Shown here piece after piece: positions 39,376 to 51,408 of a stretch of 64,000 nucleotides of DNA (position 1 is its first letter; every line of letters starts with the position of its first letter). The notes beneath the pieces are model-generated. The model searched no databases. It saw only the letters and a list, made by a program, of their open reading frames with translations, and was not told the DNA's origin. The position numbers and the translations under genes were made by a program. Location of the stretch: NCBI RefSeq assembly GCF_963853765.1, contig NC_088859.1, forward strand, positions 22,258,001 to 22,322,000, in the 5' to 3' direction. Source of the stretch: Magallana gigas (lineage: Eukaryota).

Positions 39376-42300
39376 ATGGCTGCGCCCAGAGAGGACGACT
39401 CAGATCAAACAGATTATGGGTCTGCAAGTAAACCCTGCACGTCCAGAACATGTTTTGATTTTTCTACATTCATGAAAATGCAGGGAAAGAAAATTGAAGT
39501 AGGTATTATTCGAGTGATAAGTAACAATAGGTCAAGAATGATGTGTGTATTTGAAACATGTTGAGGTCATTATCTAGAATAAGTTAATATTTTACGCCGC
39601 TGTGGCGAGCCCAGCAAGAATCACAGGGGCTTGGTTGTTGGATAGTTAATTTCCTAATTATTTGTTCCCGAAGAAAAAATTGATTAAAATTGGTAATCTT
39701 ATGTGTATTTCTGTGTATTGCAATAAATAAATTCACTGAAACCCCCCATTTCAGTCATGTTAAAAAAAAGTATTCAATGTACATTTAAAAAAGTAAAGGG
39801 ACGACACTCACCATCTTGGATTTATAGGGGGTCCTCGTTTCAAGCTATGTTTTAAACAAGTTCTTCCGTTTCTCCAACGATTTCTGACGAGATCTAGGTT
39901 GGAAAATATTCAAATGACTTATTCCTATCGTCTGACTACATCTGTATGCTGCATAATAAACACATCATTCCGAAATGTACTACATACTTGCCAAACTTAT
40001 CAAAAGCAACGGAAGTTTACTTTTGAGTGACGTAAATTCTCTATATAATCACTGAGATATTCCGAAAATGTATGATAAATCTAGAGAGAGCAAAAATTCC
40101 GTGAAAAGATATTCCTCTTGGTTTATCCAATGCTTTCGGATCTCCTCAGTGATTACATGGAGAGTTTGCATCAACTTCCGTTGCTTTCGATAAGTTTGGC
40201 GAGTATCTAGTACATCTCGGAACGATGTGTTTATTATGCAGCATACAGATGTAGTCAGACGATAGGAATAAGTAATTTTAACATTTTCCAACCTAGATCT
40301 CGTCAGAAATCGTTGGAGAAACGGAAGAACTTGTTTAAAACATAGCTTGAAACGAGGACCCACTATTAATCCAAGATGGCGAGTGTCGTCCCTTTACTTT
40401 TTTTAATGTACATTGAATACACTTTTTTAACATGACTGAAACGGGGGGTTTCAGTGTATATATTTAATGCAATACACAGAAATACATCTAAGATTACCAA
40501 TCTTAATCAATTCTTTCTTCGGGAACAAATAATTAAGCACTTCACTATCCAACAACCAAGCCCCTGTGGCAAGAATTACACATTCCTTGCATCATTGTCA
40601 ACTTTGTGTTATTTAGTTTTTTCATTTTGAGAGAGAGAGAGAGATAATTACATATCTTATAATTATTAGATTATTACATAATTATTCCATATTATTTCTA
40701 AGTTAAAAAAAATTCTTCCAAAATACAAAGACTTGATTCCCTTAAACCTTTCTTTACTTTTTGAGAGAATTGATCAGTATGTAAAATATAATTTGTGTTT
40801 AATTTGGTCAAAAGTGTTAAAGCTGCTTGGTCCGATTTTTTTGTTATTACAGTATCAAAATGTTTTCCATACAAATCATTTATCTTAGAAAGTTATGGAC
40901 TTTCTCCTATTTACACCAGCAGAATCAGTCTCCTTTCAAAGTTAGAAATATTCAAAGTAAATAAAAATAATTTCTCTTTGGGCAAACCAAAAAACAAACC
41001 AAAATGCATCACAGGAATTTTTAGAAAAGGAAACCGCTTGGTTTTGTCCCCCGAATGATTGGGGTTATTCAACCCGCATGCTATGCATCGATTGTAAAGA
41101 AAGCAGACTTTGGAAATATTAGCGAACAAAACGTACAAATGTTTATTTGTAATTTGTCTGATCATTTCGGCCTTTATTTAAAGCGATGTCAAAGTCGTAA
41201 TACAACCATACCCGTCTCGTCATCAGGGGTGAAATTTAACATGAGGCGAAATAACGCGGTACCTTTTAATGTCGTTTGTTTTGTTAGCAAATTTTGTACA
41301 CATTTTTCTTCATTGAAATTTGGCATAATTGACGTGTAAAACTACTGCAATGTATATCATTATACATATACTAAGCATAGCCATTGTTTAAAAGCGTGTA
41401 TAAAATTTGATATAAAATCGGACCAAGCAGCTTTAATGATAAAAGCAGTATTTTTTTTTTCATTGTACCTTATTTTTTCCTGGTTCATAATTTATAAATA
41501 TATTTATTTTATATTTTATAGTTTATTTAAACTGTGAACAATACGAAAAGGTATCATGTAAATATAATACGAAAAACCATTGTCTTAGTTACCCTTTTTT
41601 AAACAAACTATTTGACGACATGACCAGCCAAAAAAAACCCACAGAAATCAAAAATCTATGAGATAGAAAAATCTCTGGAAACTTGTGTCCTATACCATGT
41701 CAAAATTGCAAAATGCATGCCATCTCCAGGGAAGTGCAGGTAATTTGCAACAAAAATATGAAAATTCTAAGTAAATTCTAAGAATCATAACTATTTATAA
41801 TTAATCTCGGTACCGCAGAAAATATTACCGGTACTTACTAGTTCTATTTTAAAATTAATGTTTATTAAGTTTAATAATTTACACTATAAGCAAGATTTTC
41901 TGAGCATGTAAAAATTCCTTCTTTTAAATTCAAAATTAAGAATTAAAATATTGTTAAAAGCAATATTAAGCATTGAAAAGTTTGATAATCTTTTAAAATT
42001 TCCTTCTCTACTCCTTGACATCTTTGAGATAAACTCTGCAGGTAGTAAAACAAGAAATGATATTTTCCAACAAAATTATGATATCCATGATCAGACCCTG
42101 CATGGGTAAGAGGTTTGGACAGCAATTCATGTAATTTAAACATGTATCTAACGTTTATCTTGGTATCCTTTTCGGTTCCATTTCTTTTCTGAACGGTACT
42201 GGGTGGTTCGCTCCGATCACATGTTTTGAACAAGCCTAGCTAGTATAACAGTCAAGCCAAAGAAACAACTAGGAAAATAATCTTTATTATCACAGGACAT

Positions 42301-42384
42301 TATTTTGCTGCCATTATAAACATGAAAGACATAGAATTCAAACATTGCATTCCAGTTTACACAGAAGTCAAGCTAGTACATCTA

Positions 42385-42437
<53 letters not shown>

Positions 42438-45180
42438 AACATGGAGATTATGTGGAGTCCAACATTTAGTCAGACCATTTTCTGATGCTGAATGTATTGT
42501 GTTTGCTGGGATTGATATACTCCCGGCCATTCATCACAACATACACTGCACATCCACTCGGCAATTTGAAAGTAACTGGCCCCAGTTGCTTTCCAAACAT
42601 CTGCTTTGGTCCAAGGATGAATTTTTCTTCCATCAAAGTTTTTACGTGGCCATCAATGGCCATTACATTCACAGCAAGTCTTATTAAAACCTCCTTGGAA
42701 GGCTGCATATCCACTGTATAGGTATCCATCTGCACTCTGGTCTGTACATCATAGTAACCAGTAGATGGCAGCACCAAATACTTGTTCTCTGACAGATCTA
42801 CCCCGCCATGTACGTAAGTGTTCTTTTCAGTTTGTGTCCAGCTTAAAATTCCTATGGATGAAAGATTGAAGGTAAACAGTGCCTAGATACGGTACACAAA
42901 AAGTGAATAAGTACAATGTATTCCAACATATATCCAACTCATTTACCATGTTTTTTCTTGGAATGTCTATACTGTAGTAAGGCAACAGGACTGTGGGTTA
43001 GAGTTCTCACTAGAAAAAAAAAGTCATCATCAACATCATCATCATCATCATAAAAATCATATATATCATCATTGTCCTATCATATATAATCATCAATAAG
43101 AACCAAAGAATTTAAAGATTACAAAGCACTTACGTGTGTTGTTATTATCCAAAGAGTTTGTTGGGTATGCTATAATCTGAAAAATACAACAAATTGAAAG
43201 TGATGCCAGACGGTTTTTTTTTTCAAAATGGATAAGTTTTTGTTATGCAATGCATTAATAAAATATCAGTCATTGTAAAGTTTAAACACACCTGGAAATC
43301 TAGAAAAAGGTATGCAATTAAGAGGAAACAGGAGGCTTCAAAAGAATGCATGGTCATTAACGAATGACTTCAAGCTGTTGAAGAATAATGTCTTGAAACG
43401 ACAGAATGACTTTATATATATGTAGTATTTCTATATCTCCCTTGTTACTATATTTGATTTAAGTTGTCATGCATTTTTAGTAATTACCTACACCGACGTT
43501 GAGTAATGGCTGTGAATTCCCGGACTGATTCTGGAATAAGCATGCACACCTTGGTCTCTTTACAGACAAAAAAAAAACGGACATCTAGTTGTACACACGG
43601 GTACCACGTAACGTAAAATCCCCGCGCGGAATGATATCATCCACAAAGCAAGCCATGCAGAGCGCCTCCGGTATATTGGTGTCAAATCTATTAAAAGGAA
43701 TAAAAGTAAATAGTAAAATTCAATTTTAAAAAATCTGAGAGAGAGAAAAAGGAAGGTAAACAATCGTACAATCCCCTTCTGTCAATGAGACGAGTCACTA
43801 TCGGATCTTCACGCTAGAGCTAACGGGCAAGCCTTTCTTCACCTCTTTCATTTATTTGGTAGTTAGTGTATTTTGCATATTGAAATTTAGTTTTTGCAGA
43901 CGTAAGGTAGAATGATAGGTGGGCGTAGAGTGGTTTTTCTGAACTATTTAAGATATGTAACCATTGTGTTGGTATCCCTATTGCTGGGTTCATCACCCGT
44001 CACACAGAGCGACCGACTCCTACAGATTTAATTTAATCGATTTAAAATTAACGGGAGTTTTGCGGGGCTGTAGACTATATGACTGCGTGGTTTTGCCATT
44101 TTGATTTGACCATGATAATGAGTTGGCGACCTTCGAGTTTTATGATATGCGCTCTCCGAGACGTCTGCAGTGAATTTCATTTTTCTTTACATCTATATTA
44201 TTATCTATGATAAGTTCACATCATTTGAAAAATTGAATAACCATCATCAGGAGAAAAAAGATTTTGGAGACATTAATATTTACCTACATGAGTAAAACTA
44301 CTATGTAAAAATGTAAATAAACTAGTTGCCTTCTTTTGGTTCTCTTGTTTTTGTTTAAGAATTTGTCTGCTAATTACGCACTGTAAATTGATATAATACG
44401 CGTGCGATAAGCATCTGCCAGATGCGTAACTTACTGAACCTAGTTCCTTATTTCTGTTTTGTTGAGATCACGAAATTTTTAGACACACGTTTCATAGTTC
44501 ATAGCACATGCAAACTGTCAACCAATTAAGAAACGTATCGCACAAATGCTACAAGAACAAATGTGAAAATTCAGTATAGTTGTATACCTTGCAGCCATTA
44601 CGTTCAGATGAAAGCAATTTGATTTTCTTGCGAAATGTTTGAAAAATACAAATGAAATACCCAGTTGATTTAAATATAGTGCAATATTGTATTGAATTGT
44701 TTTCCTTCCAGAAAAAAATGGAAAATAAGAAGAAAGAGGAAGAGAAGCCTTGTCCGCTAGACAAGGATAGTCTGGGCCGGAGTACCTGGGCATTCCTCCA
44801 CACCATGGCGGCTTACTACCCCGACAAACCCACGCCCAATCAACAGAACGACATGTCCCAGTTCATTCATCTATTCTCGAAATTCTTCCCCTGTGACTAT
44901 TGTGCCGAGGATCTCCGTAAAGAGTAAGAGTTTTTTAAAGCAGAGCATTGTCAAGGCCGTCTAAAACAACGTCTCATATCTAATTAATGTTCTGTAATTT
45001 CCTCTCCCTTTTTCCAGGCTAAAAACAAACAAACCACAGACATCATCGCGTGAGGAACTTTCTCAGTGGATGTGTAGATTGCATAATCAAGTGAACAGAA
45101 AGACTGGGAAGCCAGAGTTCGACTGTAGCCTCGTGGACGAGAGATGGCGAGATGGCTGGAAGGACGGTAGCTGTGGCTGA
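39376..45180 (+). CDS. GFER: FAD-linked sulfhydryl oxidase ALR/Erv1, 165 aa
   Basis: Exons 39376-39498, 44712-44923 and 45018-45180 are phase-consistent (498 nt). Motifs: [27 protein letters not shown], active-site [49 protein letters not shown] at 45400. Confidence 0.95.
39622..40568. mobile_element. 947-bp foldback DNA transposon with long TIRs (about 400 bp) and 8-bp TSD gcaagaat
   Basis: cacaggggcttgg ... ccaagcccctgtg; TSD at 39614-39621 and 40569-40576. Confidence 0.92.
40821..41432. mobile_element. TTAA-TSD non-autonomous element (Kolobok-like), TIR agctgcttggtccgatttt
   Basis: TTAA at 40817-40820 and 41433-41436 with matching TIRs; inverted relative at about 54946-55500. Confidence 0.85.
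42392..42435. repeat. (CT)n microsatellite in the 3' region of the TNF-like gene
   Basis: Direct reading. Confidence 0.98.
42466..43357 (-). CDS. TNF-superfamily ligand-like protein with predicted signal peptide, 185 aa, nested in GFER intron 1
   Basis: Exons 43292-43357, 43134-43176, 42947-43009 and 42466-42851 are phase-consistent (558 nt); in-frame TGA upstream of the ATG. Protein: [30 protein letters not shown]...SPVALLQY...ILSWTQ...[27 protein letters not shown]...[10 protein letters not shown], matching the TNF pattern A-x-L / L-x-W / G-V-x-L / L-V-x-P-x-x-G-x-Y-x-V. Confidence 0.8.
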
Positions 45181-46926
45181 CCATTTAAAAAACATTCCTG
45201 GGGAAAAGCGACTGTGATACATGTATATGGAAATTCATTTTGCCTCCATGACATGCACAATTTGTCAGTTATTTGTTTTGATATACAATTTGACGCTGTT
45301 TTTAAGCGATATTGTACATTTTTGCATGCAAATCTTTATCTCTTTACTAGATTGATGTTTGCATCAGTTAGTATTACACTAACAAATATGGTTGTTCGGA
45401 ATAAAATACCTCAAGATTAAACGATATGCATTGTACATGTTGTTGTGGTGTTGGCTTTTTTCTATGTCGATGATGCAGTTAATTTCATTTATATTCTCCC
45501 TCACTACGTTCGTCCGAATATAAAACAATAAAGTGCTAAATAAATAAAACCAACAAGTACTACATAGGTACGCTGCTCGCTAGCGTTATTTTATTTATAC
45601 ACAAAAACACATATTAAACACCCATCTGTCAGCCAAAAATCAACACTTTCCATGTAATCTGCAGTCATTTTAACTACTTCTTCTAGCGAGCGAGCTTAGA
45701 GTGCCACGCCACCGCATGGTCCTACTATTTATTTTACCTGACCACGTGACCCAAAACCCATTCGAGTACGTATGAAAACCCATCACGCACATAATTTTAA
45801 TTGTATACGTCTGTCAATAAGGGTGGAAATGCATTGTAAAGCAGGCTTTACTGTAACGCTAGTATAGAAATTTTCGATCATTAAATTTCGGGTGTTTTTT
45901 GAGGAGAGGGTTGACGTTAAGATTGAAGATTTTAAAGTACTGGAATATATTTAAATATATGCACTTGATAATCAGAAGTCTTGTTTTAAAATCTACCGAT
46001 TATTTAAACATGTATTGTGTAAATGTGCTTATTTGCGTGAAATTCGGATTTCTTTTTTTTTTTTTGGAAGTTATGTATATTTTATGCATGTATTGCTGTT
46101 CATAATGTGGAACATAATGCCAGGTAATGTGGGAGCGTGAGGTATGTGTGCCTGCCCGCGTTGGCTTTCTTTTCATATCGGTACAAGCCACAGACATCTG
46201 ACGTCAAAATGTTTTCTTTTTATCATAAGATAATTCCCTGAACTAATGCTATTACGTAATTATAGTTCATAGAATTCTCTTACTTAAAAAGAAATATTTT
46301 TAACGTCAGATGCCTGTGGTAAAAATGTACTTATAATGATAACAGTATCTGTATAAAGATCTGTGTATAGTTTTTCGAATATTTCAATGAATGTTCACTG
46401 CGTATTAATATATTTAATCGAACCAAAGATATAGAAACCCACCAGAAGCTATATTGTATGGACAAACAAGTACCACTATCTTTCCTTATATATTTACCAA
46501 CTTCCATAAAAAATCGTATGTGTACATTTTTTTCAATCCATTATATAAGCATAAAGTATGATTCCACACGATGTATCACTGCAGTTCCTGATGATGCGAA
46601 ACGTGTAGCATTAAGTCCTTTATTTATTGCATAAGACGTCACGCTGTCTCTTGGCAGTGACCAGTTGGCTAGCTAAGAACCATAGACTGGAATCAGACTT
46701 GCATCAAACATTATATATATTTGAGATTTTGATTAAATGCACGAGTCTTAAATAATACAAGGCTATACCATTCCAGTACACAAGCCCTTAGCAACAAGTT
46801 CACTTGATTATTGAAAGTATTTTACAAGTTACATCTATATTAATTAAACATTTAGACACAGGTCTATTATCAGATGGTCTCTGAAAGTTTTGATTGGGAG
46901 CAAAATCTCCCCAGATGACGTCATCT

Positions 46927-49509
46927 CTACATCCTGTATGGAACCCGGACGTAGGTAGTCTGTACGTCTGAAAACTGAGCTCTGTTCAGAAACCTGGCTC
47001 TTGGTCCGTGGCGCGACACCTGGTAAAACAAAACAAATACCGAAATCTTAACATAGAATAATGAAATTAAACGTCAATTTAAGAACGAAAGTAGGCAAAT
47101 ATTATATTGTTGGTTAAAAAACCATAGCTGCCCGGTATATTGAATAAGACCTAGAAATTAGAAATTATCTAGCTTTTTATCCACAGTCTTCAACCGAAAC
47201 CCTTTTTGGTAAAGAATTTTGCGTATGGAAAGTACATAGTTCAAGCATACAAAGATATAACTTTCCGATTATTTTATCATCGTATCGAAACCATACATAG
47301 ATACTTTTTTTTAAAACTTTTATTCGTCGTAAATTTTTTATCAATTAAAATAAGACCTACTGCTGTGTAAAACATAAGACTTTTTGAATTCCTTATTAAA
47401 TAATATCCGTGTTGCGCATTTAACCGGGTTTTCCAACGGAAAAATCCGGTAATTGAAATGGTGAAAAAGGCGGGCGGGCGGCTGCCAAAAGGGTACCCCC
47501 ATTGCACGGATAACTCCTTCTACAGTTTTCAAGATAGGAAGTTGTTCTTTTGCAGATCAATTGTACATATATCGGAGGTGTGCATATTACTAGGATTTTG
47601 ATTTCCGATAATTTATGAAAAAACTACCAGCTTTTGAACTTAGTCATTTTTTGGCAAAATATTGCATATAGGGTACCCTCATTGTACGGATAACTCCTCC
47701 TACAGTTTTCAAGATAGGAAGTTGTTCTTTTGCAGATCAATTGCACATATATCAGAGGTGTTCAGATTACTAGGATTTTGATTTCCGATAATTTATGAAA
47801 AAATTACCAGCTTTTGAACTTAGTCATTTTTTGGCAAAATATTGCATATAGGGTACCCTCATTGTACGGATAACTCCTCCTACAGTTTTCAAGATAGGAA
47901 GTTGTTCTTTTGCAGATCAATTGCACATATATCAGAGGTGTGCATATTGCTAGGATTTTGATTTCTGATTATTCATGAAAAAAATACCAGCTTTTGAACT
48001 TAGTCATTTTTTGGCAAAATATTGCATATAGGGTACCCTCATTGTACGGATAACTCCTCCTACAGTTTTCAAGATAGGAAGTTGTTCTTTTGCAGATCAA
48101 TTGCACATATATCAGAGGTGTGCATATTGCTAGGATTTTGATTTCTGATTATTCATGAAAAAAATACCAGCTTTTGAACTTAGTCATTTTTTGGCAAAAT
48201 ATAGCATATAGGGTACACCATTTCACTGAATACGGGTTGACATGGAGTATGGATACAGTTCACATAAAAGAAAACCCGGTTTGCTTTCACATTGACAGCT
48301 TTTCACTTGTTTAAAAACTAGTTTGAAACTTTCGCATATTAATTCCATTGTAATCGTAACGTGATTTATTATGCGATTTTTATAAACTATTACAGGAGGT
48401 TCTTTACTTATTTGAGAAAACCTTGCGTTTTGTTCACAAAAAGTAAAACTCACTGTGATTTATCAACCATAAGTAATATTTGACTGGTGCATTAGTTGGT
48501 GTGCATGCACACATATAGTCTGTAAGACTGAGATAAGTAACCAATGCTTTGCGGTAGCTGTTTGATTGACTCACCAGTGTCATCTGTCTGAGGGCAGGAT
48601 TGTCACAAACCCACGGGTTCCCTGCAATCACAAAAAATTTTTTTTAGACAGTTCTGGATTGTTACTATAACTCGTTAGCGCTTGTCCGAACAAATCCAAG
48701 GCGTGTACTCGTTCTTCTAGTTTGGTCGACTTTAAAAGAATTTAGGTTTCTGAATCGTAAATCAAAAAGGATGCCCATACGATCATGATGACATCTTAAA
48801 GAACTGGACAAAAGACCATGAAATTGTCAATGTTTCCACACAAAAGTTGCATTTTACGTACCGATACTGTATATATGATCAGGAAAAATACTGTTGAACC
48901 ATAAAGAAACATTTAATTAAGGAGAAAATTTAATGAACTTGATACGTACTATTTTGAATGGCCCCTGCCGTTTTGGGTCGACCGACTTTAAGATCAAGAG
49001 GATAATCCAGACTTATGCTTGACCGGGGGCGCTCCGGCCGCCGATAGAGAATGTCCGGGTGCCAGTCAAACTAGTGGAAAATACGTACCACAATCTTAGA
49101 TTTACAAAACATATACGGTTGATATACAATCAATTCGAGGTACCTTATAAACGGCGTATCGATGACTAACCGAGTGAAGCATCGCTACACGTCACTTATT
49201 AAATTTGTCGTCATTTTCTGAGCTTGCCGTCACCATTTTGTAATTTTATAACTTATTGAGTAATTACATAAATTAGTGAATTTCAATGTATTTTGTGCTA
49301 CTCATGGACAGAAATATTAAACCCATGAAATAAAACTCCTGCTCTATCACTTTGTTTGAAGAAAAATTCATATATCTATAAACCGCTATATTTACCTCTT
49401 CCTCTTTCGCTCCCAGCTTGACGAGCAGTTCGCTTTCCGCTCGATGTTTGAGTTCCGAAGATTCAAACTCCGCCTTGTAGGGTGGGCGTCTCTGTCCAAT
49501 TTCCGACAT
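46927..49509 (-). CDS. Unrecognised 124-aa protein
   Basis: Exons 49396-49509, 48950-49070, 48575-48621 and 46927-47019 have canonical splice sites and matching phases (375 nt): MSEIGQRRPPYKAEF...FDWHPDILYRRPERPRSSISLDYPLDLKVGRPKTAGAIQNRNPWVCDNPALRQMTLVSRHGPRARFLNRAQFSDVQTTYVRVPYRM*. Confidence 0.8.
47419..48312 (+). mobile_element. Helentron-associated HINE carrying four 180-bp satellite monomers
   Basis: Sub-terminal inverted repeat aaccgggttttc (47422) / gaaaacccggtt (48270); 5' hairpin ccgggttttcc-aac-ggaaaaatccgg; (GCGG)n microsatellite; monomers at 47491, 47671, 47851 and 48031; T-rich ends. Confidence 0.88.
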
Positions 49510-51408
49510 TGTCTTCTAGGGCCTCAGTCACACCATAGTTTCTGATTTATTTGTCCTGGTGAAAAAAAAATCAAAACCGTTTGGTACAGAAATCAATCGC
49601 TCATCATATACTAGCTTAAGAAAAGCAGATAAGGCGTTTTTACTTTCTTTTGAATCTTTATCTCTCTTTTTTTTTTTTTCATTCGAGACGTGGGTTACAC
49701 ATGTCGATTGAATGTCAAACTACCCAGTAATCCAAGTCTTCACGGGCATTCAACTACTTCTGTTTGATCATTTAAACGTTCCTATCCAATTATATAATAC
49801 AAGAAAAAAATCTGAATAATAATAGTGTCGTTTATTGAAGTAATATCTGGATTAATTTCGCCTTTGTTGGCCAAATGTTCAGTTACAAATTAAACATATA
49901 GTGGTTCATTCATATGTATAATATAATACACTTAGCAGAATTAAATATTTACCAATTTATCTATACAAATGTTCAGCAAAACCCAGCTATAGGCCCAAGT
50001 GAAATCGTTTGCTGTGTGTTCTGTATCTGTTTATTTTAGTGATTATCTGAAACGGGAATCACCATGCATTGCCAAATAAATTGCAAACTTGGTGTACATT
50101 TCCATTACAAATTGAGCCCATGTCACCATCTCAACTCATATCTTGCCGCTGAATAAATATCTTAACATATCGGCATGCAACATGCAATTTATCTTCAAGA
50201 AAACTATGGTTGAAAATAGATTGTTACCAAGCACTAATGGCTCATCTAAAACTCATGAAGCAAGCATGCAACAATTTTTATTTTGAAGTAGTTTTTATTC
50301 ATACATAAAATGCATATTTACCTTACAGAGAGTTTGACTCGAGAAAATTTCATCAAAACCTAATCAAATTTGATGTTTTATGATCTATTAATAAAACTCA
50401 ATATGCAAGACCTAAAATTTTAATATAACTTTATGATTCGGTTGCCAGGACAACTAGATTACGGAAATAAATATACAAAATACATGTACCTACCTTTACT
50501 TCACAAAGCGACGAAGACCTCTGAGCTATGTCGACCCGTATCGATACAACATTGCCAAACGCCACACTTAGTCTTTGAACATATCAATTTGCATACAAAC
50601 GCTGATAAAATGAATCTATTCGAGGCCACAAATAACTTTAAAAGACTTTCAAAGGGAAATCAATATAGAGAAAACGTAGCCAAAGTTTATGCATACAGGT
50701 TGTTTTCTGTTCAAAAATAAAACCGGTCCTGCGATATAGCAGGTGGTTCTCGCATCCCTATACCCCCCCCCCCCCCTTCTTTCCACACATGCGCGCGCTG
50801 AGTGCACTAGGATACTACTTCATTTAGTCTGCATGATCTATGCAGTCTCCTGTATTAATGCATGTGCCCCATTCCCAAATATTGCATGTTTGTGTGTGGA
50901 CACTGGGTTGTGAATAACACAACTGTATGGTCCTTATGCGTGTACATTAAATGTAATAGAGACGGTTTGAGTGATTTTTTTGAATTCTATTGGGTTCTAT
51001 TGATATTTTTTATGGCTCTGAAAATGCCGGTAATAGTTTTCAAATATGAATATATTATGAATGTTAACATATTACAGAGCTCAATTTGTAATTTAAGCAC
51101 GGTTAAATTACAATCAATGATAGACGTGTACATTGTATACTATTCACACACACAGTCTGACTTTAATATAATTATCCCTATTAAGCATGTTAAAAATATA
51201 GCACTTTCCAGATTATTCATAACCTATTTCAATGTATACAGGTATTCATAGGCGCTTGGGTCAGATCTCAATGTCAATTCAGTGTATTCGCTAAAACCAT
51301 GAAATGGTACATGAGGTCAATCATTATATACTGTTCAAAAGTCAGAGGTACATTTAATAAATTAATAGATACGAAGTAGATAAATGGTAAATAAGCATAA
51401 CTATACTT

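Noticed and set aside
40049-40363. 104-aa ORF
   Set aside because: Lies in the arm and spacer of the foldback element; not transposase-like.
47491-48220. CRISPR-like array
   Set aside because: Head-to-tail 180-bp monomers with no unique spacers, in eukaryotic DNA.
48575-48621. LRR C-terminal cap (NPWVCD)
   Set aside because: The second Cys of NPWxCxC is absent and no LRRs occur upstream in the spliced protein.
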